Notes under the pieces: generated by a model | What the model saw: only the letters and a program-made list of their open reading frames with translations | The model's database searches: none | What the model was told of the DNA's origin: nothing | IMG/VR virus record: IMGVR_UViG_3300021438_000002 | DNA from: an uncultured virus (IMG/VR IMGVR_UViG_3300021438_000002) | Lineage: Duplodnaviria > Heunggongvirae > Uroviricota > Caudoviricetes | Strand: one strand, 5' to 3' | Length of the DNA stretch: 64,000 bases | Part shown: positions 1 to 8,017 of the stretch, piece by piece | Layout of the letters: each line of letters begins with the position of its first letter | How positions within the stretch are numbered: position 1 is the stretch's first letter | Translations under genes and position numbers: made by a program

Positions 1-38
1 TAGTCGGCACTGCTGCTGCCAACATAATCGCACAAGGT

Positions 39-503
39 GTGCATGAAGTTCCAGGAGACATGCCTGCTCATGATTGGCTAGAGAATGCATGGAAACCCTC
101 TGCACGAGACCGAATCGATGCTCTGCGAACCCCCCAAGTGCTGCAAGAAAACCACCCTATCGATGTTGCTGCTACTTTAAGCCATGAAAATCTTAATTAT
201 CTTAGAGGTCGTGCTAGGGAAGCCACGCCACAACACGAGTCAAATAGAAAAACTACGACATACCAGTATTCCAATTCAAAGCCAGACCCAGATGACATTA
301 AAGCAGCGGTAGAGGCTCGGCATGGACGACCAACACTAGATTTAATCGGCACATCTGGCGTATGGACTGGAGATGAAGAGACAGATGAAAAGGCTACTCT
401 GCCTGCTCCAAAACCTACTTTGCCATTAGACCTAAATCCATACGAGCGAGTAAAGCGTATTACTGACCCAATGGGTCGACGCAGTTATGTACAGGGAGAT
501 TAA
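39..503 (+). CDS. hypothetical protein (probably 5'-truncated by the window edge) with C-terminal SGVWTG[DE]E motif
   Basis: ORF track; shares the C-terminal SGVWTG motif with 506..2236. Confidence 0.6.
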   Translation: MHEVPGDMPAHDWLENAWKPSARDRIDALRTPQVLQENHPIDVAATLSHENLNYLRGRAREATPQHESNRKTTTYQYSNSKPDPDDIKAAVEARHGRPTLDLIGTSGVWTGDEETDEKATLPAPKPTLPLDLNPYERVKRITDPMGRRSYVQGD

Positions 504-505
504 AG

Positions 506-2236
506 ATGCCATACAACGTTGAACCTTTACGCCAACAAGGCTACACAGCAGCGGCATTAACTGCCAGTGGTTTTGCCAAGGTATGTGAACATGGCAACTG
601 GATGCACACTCCTAATAACGCCCCACTGCCTGCACACGATGCTGGGTACCACAATCCAGACCGTAATGGTATTGGTGGGTATTACCCAGACGTAAATGGT
701 AGTCATGGTCAAGGTGACCTAAGATTTGACCAATTCCATGAAAAAGATTTAACTGCTCGTGGTTATGATACTGATGAAATAATTGGTCATCTATTGACTA
801 CAAACGGCAACGTGAGCATGTGCCCTCACGGTGGCGTAGTACCTAACGGTAGCGGTAGTTGCGGTCCTGGTTCCCATGAACCGCATTTTATGCGTGGCGT
901 AGAACGTAACATGAGTTGGTCTGAAAATGAAGACGCATTAACTGACCGTGACTCTGAGTGGCGAGGACACTACACCTGGAACCATGGAGACGAAGAAGAT
1001 GACGCCAGTGGTTGGGGTAGAAGCCCACGTAGTGAAGAAGAATTGATTCGTCAAGAACCCGAACGTGTAGCAGGTATACGAGACCGTATTGATAAAGTCA
1101 TGGCTCTTAACAACAGCCCAAGAGTTCAAAACAGTGATTACACGGCACACGCTTTTCCTGCTGGTGAATTCTATGACAAATACTCTGTTGATGATAGAAG
1201 TCCTGAACAAGCCTCTCATGATGGCATGTACGGTGGTACTCACACTGTAATTGGTTACCACAAGGGCACTGCTGTTGGAAGACTGACTTATGACTCTGAA
1301 GGTCACGTTGGTGGTTGGTACATCGACCACAAACATCAAAAAGGACCAGTAAGCATAAAAATGCTTGCCGCAGCACACCAGCATCTTTTGGATTTAGGTA
1401 ACCCTATTGGGATGCTTAAATCGGACACAACATCTTCAAACTCTGCTGCCGTAATTAGAAAAATTGACCCTAACAGCACCTATTTAAGACAAGGCGGTGC
1501 AAACAGTGGTTGGAATGATGACACTGAATGGGACCCAAGGAGGAGTGACGAGGGTATACACCCGATGCTTCCAGAGCACACAGAGCGTCGTTCTAGGGGA
1601 GAATGGCAAGATTTAAGTGAAACCACAGGATTAAACATCCATGAACTTCACGCAATTAGTCCAGATGAGACTAACCGACAAAAAGCAGACCTAGATAGAG
1701 TTAGCGATGAAGCGGCAGACATTCACCAGGCTTACAAAGATGTAGTAAAAAGTCGAGAAAAACAAGCAGAATTAAAACTAAAGACCGAAACTAGAGATGC
1801 TATCCCTTCAAGAATTGCTCAGTTCTCTATTCCAGCAGGGTATTTAGGTGACACGGCTAATCTTGAAACTCAAATGCCTGAAAATGTGGCTGACACAATA
1901 GGTCAGCCCAACCCTCACCAACCTGCTTGGAGAAGGAATACTTTTGCTAGTGCTGGCTTAGATACGCTGGCATCAGCAAATGACCTTACAACTACTGTTG
2001 ATTTGACAAGACGGCAGATAGCCACAACTCGCTTTAGAAGTTCTGAGCATCAACGCCGAAATCAAATGGACGCCGACATCAGACGTGGGGCTAACCCTGA
2101 CGAAGAACTAATGAAAAGAGTTAGTGCAGATTCTTCAGGAGTTTGGACAGGCGAAGAAGACACTCCTGTGCAAAAAAGCCCAGAAGAACGTGCTCGTGCA
2201 CTAATGGGCATTCCTAGACATAGAAGAGAGTTCTAA
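506..2236 (+). CDS. large accessory protein with a possible central GNAT-like domain
   Basis: HTVIGYHKGTAVGRLTY...VGGWYIDHKHQKG...KMLAAAH resembles a GNAT beta-beta/motif A region; CxHG motif occurs twice; C-terminal SGVWTG motif. Confidence 0.45.
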   Translation: MPYNVEPLRQQGYTAAALTASGFAKVCEHGNWMHTPNNAPLPAHDAGYHNPDRNGIGGYYPDVNGSHGQGDLRFDQFHEKDLTARGYDTDEIIGHLLTTNGNVSMCPHGGVVPNGSGSCGPGSHEPHFMRGVERNMSWSENEDALTDRDSEWRGHYTWNHGDEEDDASGWGRSPRSEEELIRQEPERVAGIRDRIDKVMALNNSPRVQNSDYTAHAFPAGEFYDKYSVDDRSPEQASHDGMYGGTHTVIGYHKGTAVGRLTYDSEGHVGGWYIDHKHQKGPVSIKMLAAAHQHLLDLGNPIGMLKSDTTSSNSAAVIRKIDPNSTYLRQGGANSGWNDDTEWDPRRSDEGIHPMLPEHTERRSRGEWQDLSETTGLNIHELHAISPDETNRQKADLDRVSDEAADIHQAYKDVVKSREKQAELKLKTETRDAIPSRIAQFSIPAGYLGDTANLETQMPENVADTIGQPNPHQPAWRRNTFASAGLDTLASANDLTTTVDLTRRQIATTRFRSSEHQRRNQMDADIRRGANPDEELMKRVSADSSGVWTGEEDTPVQKSPEERARALMGIPRHRREF

Positions 2237-2535
2237 TGTCAGTAGCCAAAGCAGGTATTCGCAGTACCGCAGAAGCCTATGCTTACGAAACAATTAGGGG
2301 TAACAAGCGTGCCAAGCAGATTGCCAAAGCAAAAACTCCTATTGCCCCCATAAGGCAAGCCATGATTGAGCATGAGATAAAAAGACCAAATGATACTAGG
2401 CGTTCATCGGTACACAACGCTATTCAGTTCGCTAAATTTATGAACGTGCCTAAACCAGAAATGGTTAAAACACTTTATGGCGGTCTTATACGTGGAGCCG
2501 TAAACGGCATTAAAGACAACTGGTCAGAAAGATAA
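2236..2535 (+). CDS. small basic hypothetical protein
   Basis: ORF coupled to the previous gene by a TAATG overlap. Confidence 0.6.
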   Translation: MSVAKAGIRSTAEAYAYETIRGNKRAKQIAKAKTPIAPIRQAMIEHEIKRPNDTRRSSVHNAIQFAKFMNVPKPEMVKTLYGGLIRGAVNGIKDNWSER

Positions 2536-2537
2536 TC

Positions 2538-3173
2538 ATGGGTTTAAAAAGAGTAATTCCTGACGGAATGACACAAACTGCGTTCATTAAGCAAAGGGCA
2601 CAGGAAGTACCTGATTTTGATTGGAAAGAGCACGACAGATTAATTGGCAAGGCTGGTTCTACTCCATTGTTCATGTCTGCAAGAGAAATCCTAACCACTC
2701 ATAACCTTTTAGAAGACCAAGGGGTAAGATTTGGTACGCCTAATAGAAAAGACATTATTGAAAGAAAAACCGCAGAGAGTATTTACAATCCCGATAATGC
2801 TGTAGGTTCAGACCTTGGTAGCGGTAGAGCAGGTGGTTTAGCCGACAGCATCACTAAAAACGGCTATGACTGGAGTAGACCTATTCCACTAGCAGTTAAA
2901 GGTGTTGACCACTCTAATGACGCCCATACACAAATGCTGCAGAAAAAAATGACTCCTATGGTAGTTAATGGTCATCACAGATTGGCTTACATGTGGACAT
3001 TCCACCCAGATGAGCCTATGCCTGTCGACATTGCAAACTACAATCACATCTTCCTTCCAAAAGAAGACCATGTCATAAACGACGTGTACTTTGGGCATGA
3101 CACTCCAGAAGCGGCAATAGCCAGCCATAAAGAATACCTAGCAAGAGCAAGAAGACCAGATGACAGAGAATAG
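2538..3173 (+). CDS. ParB/sulfiredoxin N-terminal-like domain protein
   Basis: LADSITKNGYDWSRPIPL...VVNGHHRL...PMPV matches the ParB/Srx GxxR signature. Confidence 0.65.
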   Translation: MGLKRVIPDGMTQTAFIKQRAQEVPDFDWKEHDRLIGKAGSTPLFMSAREILTTHNLLEDQGVRFGTPNRKDIIERKTAESIYNPDNAVGSDLGSGRAGGLADSITKNGYDWSRPIPLAVKGVDHSNDAHTQMLQKKMTPMVVNGHHRLAYMWTFHPDEPMPVDIANYNHIFLPKEDHVINDVYFGHDTPEAAIASHKEYLARARRPDDRE

Positions 3174-3990
3174 ACCAAGACCATTACAGGTAACTGTCCA
3201 TGTGGCAGGTAGAGATGGCAAAATCAAAGGTACTCCGCTACCTATTGCTAATCCAGGACAGCATGAAGAGGCTGTTTTAATTAGTCAACGTGCAAAAGAA
3301 GTCCCTGACTTTGACCAAGCAGAGCACGACCGCATCTTCCAGAAGCGTATGGTTAATGGAGTTCCACACTGGACTGCTCCACACCAGATGACTGCTCGTG
3401 AGATACTTTCTACTCACCGTCTTGAAGGTGACGAGAGTGTGCCTCGAAGCGAGGTATACGAAGAAAAGATGAATGACCTTCAAGTACCTAAGTACCTCAA
3501 AAGCACAATGCGACCATACGACCTAGATTGGCACAATAGAGTTACAGCAGTCAACATGGACTCTACTTATGGTTCTGGCACTGGTGCTGGTATTGACGAC
3601 AACATTACTCATCATGGTTACGACTGGTCTAAACCAGTTCAACTTTCTACTTTAGGTGTTCATCCGTCTCAACTTTATGACATGTCTATTGCTGACCAAC
3701 CACGACTAGCAAATGGTGGTCACCGTGTAATGTGGATGTTTACCCACCACCCAGATGTGCCAATTCCTGTTGATACAGAGCCTCGTCGTTCAGGCATGGG
3801 TATTACACCAAGTCACCACATAACCAACATAAATGCCATGAGTGATGCGGCAAATAACGGTTTAAAGCCAGATGACGTTGCAAAGATGAAAGATGCTCAA
3901 GCACAAGAAGAGAGCGAAAGAGTTGAGAATTGGCGTGGTTCAATGGCAGCCGCATACCCTGAGAAGTACGGCTCCTTGCCAAAAGACTAA
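3160..3990 (+). CDS. ParB/sulfiredoxin N-terminal-like domain protein, paralog of 2538..3173
   Basis: IDDNITHHGYDWSKPVQL...LANGGHRV...PIPV; clear alignment to the upstream ORF. Confidence 0.6.
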   Translation: MTENRPRPLQVTVHVAGRDGKIKGTPLPIANPGQHEEAVLISQRAKEVPDFDQAEHDRIFQKRMVNGVPHWTAPHQMTAREILSTHRLEGDESVPRSEVYEEKMNDLQVPKYLKSTMRPYDLDWHNRVTAVNMDSTYGSGTGAGIDDNITHHGYDWSKPVQLSTLGVHPSQLYDMSIADQPRLANGGHRVMWMFTHHPDVPIPVDTEPRRSGMGITPSHHITNINAMSDAANNGLKPDDVAKMKDAQAQEESERVENWRGSMAAAYPEKYGSLPKD

Positions 3991-4010
3991 CTCAGCAGTA
4001 GCCTTAGAGC

Positions 4011-4520
4011 ATGATTACAGTCACGCTCACTGAAGCCGAAATTCGTCGTTGTACTTATCTAGCCGTTGAAAGATGGCTCCAGAAGATGGATAGTGAAGAC
4101 AAAGAGTCTTACGCTATCGGTCGGAAGAATAAGTACCTAGAGCATGACCTTGTTAATTCAGTTCGTGCGAACATCTCCGAGTGGGCAGTAGCCAGACATT
4201 ACGCCCTGTCATGGAATGGTGGATTTACTTATCCAAACAGTGAGCATGGTCGTCGTCGCTATCTGCCAGATGTGGGCACTAATCTTGAGGTTCGTACCCG
4301 TAGAACTGGTGGTGAGTTTGCTTTCTGGGAGTATGAGGTCAATAAAGAAGGCTACGCAGTATTTACCGAAGTAGTTGATGACGAGAACTTCAAAGAGGTC
4401 CGTATTGTGGGCTGGTTGCCCATTGAAGACTGTGGCAAGAAGGAATACTGGGATAGCGGTAATAAACGGTTCTATGTCCCTACAGAGGCTTTGAACAACC
4501 CAGAAAGTCTATTTGAATGA
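4011..4520 (+). CDS. hypothetical protein, possible PD-(D/E)XK-like fold
   Basis: SEWAVA...PDVGTNLEVRT motif; leaderless -10 box TAGCCT 6 nt before the ATG. Confidence 0.5.
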   Translation: MITVTLTEAEIRRCTYLAVERWLQKMDSEDKESYAIGRKNKYLEHDLVNSVRANISEWAVARHYALSWNGGFTYPNSEHGRRRYLPDVGTNLEVRTRRTGGEFAFWEYEVNKEGYAVFTEVVDDENFKEVRIVGWLPIEDCGKKEYWDSGNKRFYVPTEALNNPESLFE

Positions 4521-5074
4521 CCGCCATTAAACCTTTTGTCATGTACGAAACCAAAATCAAAGATTTTACCCTCAACCTAGAGGATGGGCGGTCTTTCTGG
4601 TTCCCAGAGACCCTATCTAATGGTCGTTCTAGTTACATCGCTTTTGAATGGCTTGTTCGGGAATTAGCCGAGTTGTACAAGGCTAAAACCACAAAGAATG
4701 ACCATGTAGATACTGTCGAACGTTTGTACGAACAAAAAGCCTATCTAGACCCATCCGTAGACCCTAAGAATACGCATGACCGTTTTGAGGTATGCCCATC
4801 ATCTGCCCAAGGTATGAATAACGTTGGTCCAACAATTAAAGCCCTACTAGACGATGGTGATTACCACACTGCCTATGAAATCTGTGTAGAGAGTGGTTAT
4901 GGGCTAAATGACTTCTATGTGTTTACCAATACTCGTCAATTTGACGTGTCTGTGCCATTCAGGTTTTTTATAGTTCCTACGGAGACCCTTCTGGAGCATC
5001 TAGACAAAGAAGACCCTAGATACATCTCCAGAAGCACCTTATTAAGCCTTATTACTGAAACTAAACAGATTTAG
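4517..5074 (+). CDS. hypothetical protein
   Basis: ORF track; ATGA overlap with the upstream gene. Confidence 0.6.
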   Translation: MTAIKPFVMYETKIKDFTLNLEDGRSFWFPETLSNGRSSYIAFEWLVRELAELYKAKTTKNDHVDTVERLYEQKAYLDPSVDPKNTHDRFEVCPSSAQGMNNVGPTIKALLDDGDYHTAYEICVESGYGLNDFYVFTNTRQFDVSVPFRFFIVPTETLLEHLDKEDPRYISRSTLLSLITETKQI

Positions 5075-5076
5075 TT

Positions 5077-5118
5077 TGTATAGACAACCTGTATAGACAT
5101 TGTTAAAATCTATACAGG
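5077..5118 (+). promoter_or_regulatory. sigma70-type promoter overlapped by an operator-like repeat, upstream of hsp20
   Basis: TAGACA(5081-86)-N17-TAAAAT(5104-09); TGTATAGACA direct repeat at 5077 and 5090; inverted repeat CCTGTATAGA-N11-TCTATACAGG at 5088-5118. Confidence 0.6.
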
Positions 5119-5205
5119 TACGCCAATTGGGTACCGTAAACAATAGTCTGCCTTATGGAGACTTTGCCAGATGGCAGACGCTTATCTACGTCTAAGGAGT
5201 AGAAA

Positions 5206-5727
5206 ATGCACATTAACGTACCAGAACCCTGGGACAAACATAAGCCCCCTTATCCATGGGGTCCAGACATCCACAAAGACAGTTACCAAAAGTGGCAGCA
5301 AGAAAAGCCAAAGGTACTCACTATTGCGGATTTATTCCCTCGCCTAGACCGCCTCTCCATAGGCTGGTCTCCACTTCTTGACCAACTCAAGGAGATTACC
5401 TCTACAAAGCCAACTTATCCTCCATACGACATTGTGTCGCTAAAGGATGACGTCAACCTGCTCAACGTGGCAGTAGCAGGCTTTACCAAGGATGAAATCA
5501 CTGTAACTGTCCAAGACTCTGTTTTGACCATCGAAGGTCGTCAGAATGATAAGCAGAAGGGTGAAGTTGTCTACCAGGGCATCGCAACCCGTGACTTCAA
5601 GTTATCTTTGGCAGTAGCCGAATACTGGGAAGTTACCAAGGCTAACCTTGAAAACGGTATGCTAACTATCCAGTTTAAGAAAGAACTGCCTGAAGAAAAG
5701 AAACCAAAAGTCATCGACATCAAGTAA
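5206..5727 (+). CDS. hsp20: small heat shock protein, Hsp20/IbpA family
   Basis: YPPYDIV...VAVAGFTKDEI...YQGIATRDF...ANLENGMLTI...PEEKKPKVIDI alpha-crystallin domain with C-terminal IxI; SD AAGGAG. Confidence 0.92.
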   Translation: MHINVPEPWDKHKPPYPWGPDIHKDSYQKWQQEKPKVLTIADLFPRLDRLSIGWSPLLDQLKEITSTKPTYPPYDIVSLKDDVNLLNVAVAGFTKDEITVTVQDSVLTIEGRQNDKQKGEVVYQGIATRDFKLSLAVAEYWEVTKANLENGMLTIQFKKELPEEKKPKVIDIK

Positions 5728-5745
5728 ACTAGTTACACCTCCCCT

Positions 5746-5982
5746 TTGCCTATGGCTTAGGGCACCAACCCTTTGGGGTTGCGTTTAAAACTGCTGCGGC
5801 TTGGCAACACGGACCGCAGGGTAAACGCCACCTAATGTTTCGTCATTAGGGAATGTTGCAGGACTGGTTAGCCCCTGGGCTAAAGTCAACTCTCGAAGTT
5901 GGTAGTGCAAATCTACACAGTCCACTGGTGTGTTTCGCCATCGCAAGAAAACGTAGACCGCCCGCCAGAGCGTATCTGGCAC
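5746..5982 (+). ncRNA. putative structured non-coding RNA(s), including a tRNA-like element at 5861-5924
   Basis: Consecutive hairpins (CAACCC/GGGTTG, GCGTTTA/TAAACGC enclosing CTGCGG/CCGCAG, CCTAATG/CATTAGG) and a cloverleaf closed by GGACTG/CAGTCC; no credible ORF. Confidence 0.5.
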
Positions 5983-5984
5983 TA

Positions 5985-6055
5985 TGGTTCTAAGTGTTAC
6001 GGTAGCACGGCGGTCTCCAACACCGTTAGCCTAGGTTCGACTCCTAGAGAATCAG
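5985..6055 (+). tRNA. trnW: tRNA-Trp (CCA)
   Basis: Acceptor TGGTTCT/AGAATCA plus G73; D stem GTGT/GCAC; anticodon arm GCGGT-CTCCAAC-ACCGT; T arm CTAGG-TTCGACT-CCTAG; no encoded CCA tail. Confidence 0.88.
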
Positions 6056-6081
6056 CGACTATACTAACCATAAGGAGAACT

Positions 6082-6258
6082 ATGCCATCATTTACTTTTA
6101 TTTGTGATAACTGTGGGGTTACCCAAACAATCACTGCCCAATTAAACGAAGAAATAAAACCACCTCATTGTGGCGTATGTGACTTGGACATGCGTAAAAT
6201 GTTTAAAGTCGGTGCCGTAACTTTTAAAGGTGGGGGCTGGGGAGGCAGTAGCCAATGA
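6082..6258 (+). CDS. FmdB-family zinc-ribbon protein
   Basis: MPSFTFICDNC...CGVC...FKGGGW; SD AAGGAG before the ATG at 6082, so the track start at 5899 is spurious. Confidence 0.8.
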   Translation: MPSFTFICDNCGVTQTITAQLNEEIKPPHCGVCDLDMRKMFKVGAVTFKGGGWGGSSQ

Positions 6259-6590
6259 TTCCAAAAAAAATTACTATAGGCACCCAGACCTGGGCAGTAG
6301 TCGAACATACCTCTAAAGAAGATGGCATGCTCTATGAGGATAACTACGGGTATACCTTAGAACGCATGAACATGATTGTTCTAGACAAAGAAGCCTCTGA
6401 AAGCCGTAAGCGTCAGGTACTGATGCACGAGATTCTTCATGCCATCCGTTTCACTTTCTTTACTGGAAGTAAGATGGCTCCCAAGTTAAACTTTGAGGAT
6501 ACAGAGCACTATTTCATTGGAATGTATGAAGAAACCCTTCTGATGGTGCTAAAAGACAACCCAGACCTAGTTAATTATTTTTTGAATTAA
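6255..6590 (+). CDS. small HEXXH metallopeptidase-like protein
   Basis: QVLMHEILHAI motif. Confidence 0.6.
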   Translation: MIPKKITIGTQTWAVVEHTSKEDGMLYEDNYGYTLERMNMIVLDKEASESRKRQVLMHEILHAIRFTFFTGSKMAPKLNFEDTEHYFIGMYEETLLMVLKDNPDLVNYFLN

Positions 6591-6699
6591 CAGGTTTATC
6601 TACCCCAAAAACCATGTTAGGGTAGTACACATAACTTAATAGAGTGTCACTTCGACAATAAACGACCAAGTACTAACGCAAGGAAAGGTAGGTCGCTAA

Positions 6700-7227
6700 A
6701 TGAAAAAGTACGTAATAATAGCCAGCATACTTGTCACACTTGCTGGTTGTTCTGCATCTACGGCAACTGCTGTAGATAAGGACATACAAGTAACAAAGCA
6801 ACATCAAGTAAAGCCACTAGCCCTAGTTCAAACAGCAAAAGCACATCGCAATGCTGCTCGAATGAAGGAAGTGGTCAACTACCTAAAAACACGTGTAGGA
6901 AGAACTTCTTATGTGTTTTCAGGTGCCAGTCCTCGTGGATGGGACTGTTCAGGTCTAGTTAGATGGACTTATGAACGATTCGGTATTGAACTACCACATT
7001 CAGCAAATAAGCAAGGGCATCTAGGTAAACGGGTTCACAAACCTAAACTAGGTGACATTGTAGTGTTTGCTTACAATGGTTCTACTAATTTCTATCATGC
7101 CGCTATTTACATTGGCAATGGCAAAATAATTAACGCACACTATGGAGCCCACGCTACTATCATCCAACCTTTGACTGACTATGCAAATGGTCAAATAAGG
7201 TTTGTGAGAGTAATCCCGACTCTATAG
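6700..7227 (+). CDS. secreted/lipoprotein NlpC/P60 peptidoglycan hydrolase
   Basis: Signal peptide with LAGC lipobox; YVFSG...GWDCSGLV, GDIV, HAAIYIG, NAH catalytic motifs. Confidence 0.9.
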   Translation: MKKYVIIASILVTLAGCSASTATAVDKDIQVTKQHQVKPLALVQTAKAHRNAARMKEVVNYLKTRVGRTSYVFSGASPRGWDCSGLVRWTYERFGIELPHSANKQGHLGKRVHKPKLGDIVVFAYNGSTNFYHAAIYIGNGKIINAHYGAHATIIQPLTDYANGQIRFVRVIPTL

Positions 7228-7232
7228 GCAGT

Positions 7233-7268
7233 AGCCCCATCAGTTTAGGCTGGTGGGGCTTCTTCTTT
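7233..7268 (+). terminator. intrinsic terminator
   Basis: AGCCCCATCAG/CTGGTGGGGCT stem followed by TCTTCTTT. Confidence 0.7.
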
Positions 7269-7284
7269 ATGCCATACTGTTGGT

Positions 7285-7416
7285 ATGTGTATTGAATGTT
7301 GCAGTGAACAAATCCAAGGCTCGCTTACTAAGGCTGGAGCAGGGGCTATGAGCACCAAGTTTGAAGGTGCTGGAGAAAGCACCGTTGAGTATGGCGAGAA
7401 GAGCAGTGCCGAATAA
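7285..7416 (+). CDS. micro-protein MCIECCSEQ... (43 aa)
   Basis: Read by hand; leaderless CATACT-N6-ATG; TAATG coupling to the next ORF. Confidence 0.55.
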   Translation: MCIECCSEQIQGSLTKAGAGAMSTKFEGAGESTVEYGEKSSAE

Positions 7417-7532
7417 TGGCTCCATTAAGTCCACAGTTCCAACACTCCAGAGGTCTATACACAGAACCTAGATGGAGTTACGGTCAATACGTAGTTGGTC
7501 CAAACTCCGACTTGCCGAGAAGGGAAAAGTAA
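7416..7532 (+). CDS. micro-protein MAPLSPQF... (38 aa)
   Basis: Read by hand; TAATG overlaps at both ends. Confidence 0.5.
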   Translation: MAPLSPQFQHSRGLYTEPRWSYGQYVVGPNSDLPRREK

Positions 7533-7639
7533 TGCCAGGAATTCCTAGCGGAGAAGATGCCGCTCCAGTAGACCCAACTTTGTTCTCTTACATAACCTAT
7601 GAGGATAACGAAGAGGAAGATGAAGATGCAGGCGAGTGA
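7532..7639 (+). CDS. acidic micro-protein MPGIPSGEDAAP...EEEDEDAGE (35 aa)
   Basis: Read by hand; TAATG coupling. Confidence 0.5.
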   Translation: MPGIPSGEDAAPVDPTLFSYITYEDNEEEDEDAGE

Positions 7640-7910
7640 CCTACTTAGTCTCCAACTTCGTGAAGCAGCAATGCGACGCAGTAGCCGTGACATCCCAGAA
7701 CCTGGGTATTCAGGTACAGGCTATTGGTGGAGGAACTATCCTGCTTATGTTGGTGGCTTAGGAGATTACAACGCAGCCGCCTCATCTACTGGCGGTAATC
7801 TTGAAGCAATACAAGCAACATCAACTCTAGGCTCCGAGGCAGTAGCCAAGGACGCAGGTATTGATGATGTACCTACTGGACAATCAGTTGGTGGCACAGC
7901 AGCGTCCTAG
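7626..7910 (+). CDS. hypothetical protein (start likely ATG 7626)
   Basis: ORF track 7599..7910; start shifted because the upstream micro-ORF overlaps it. Confidence 0.5.
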   Translation: MQASDLLSLQLREAAMRRSSRDIPEPGYSGTGYWWRNYPAYVGGLGDYNAAASSTGGNLEAIQATSTLGSEAVAKDAGIDDVPTGQSVGGTAAS

Positions 7911-8017
7911 TTCACGGTGCTTTTTTACTGCTTAGGCAGTATCCTATTTTTTGTAAAACAATTCATTACCTCACTTGTTCACAATCTGTACTCTCCATTC
8001 AAGTTAGAGGAAAAGAA

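Noticed and set aside
5899..6081. N-terminal extension of the FmdB-like ORF
   Set aside because: It overlaps tRNA-Trp; the SD-supported start is at 6082
6600..6699. c-di-AMP (ydaO) riboswitch upstream of NlpC/P60
   Set aside because: The conserved GCUGAAUCC/GGAACC/GGGUGAA elements are not present and the leader is too short
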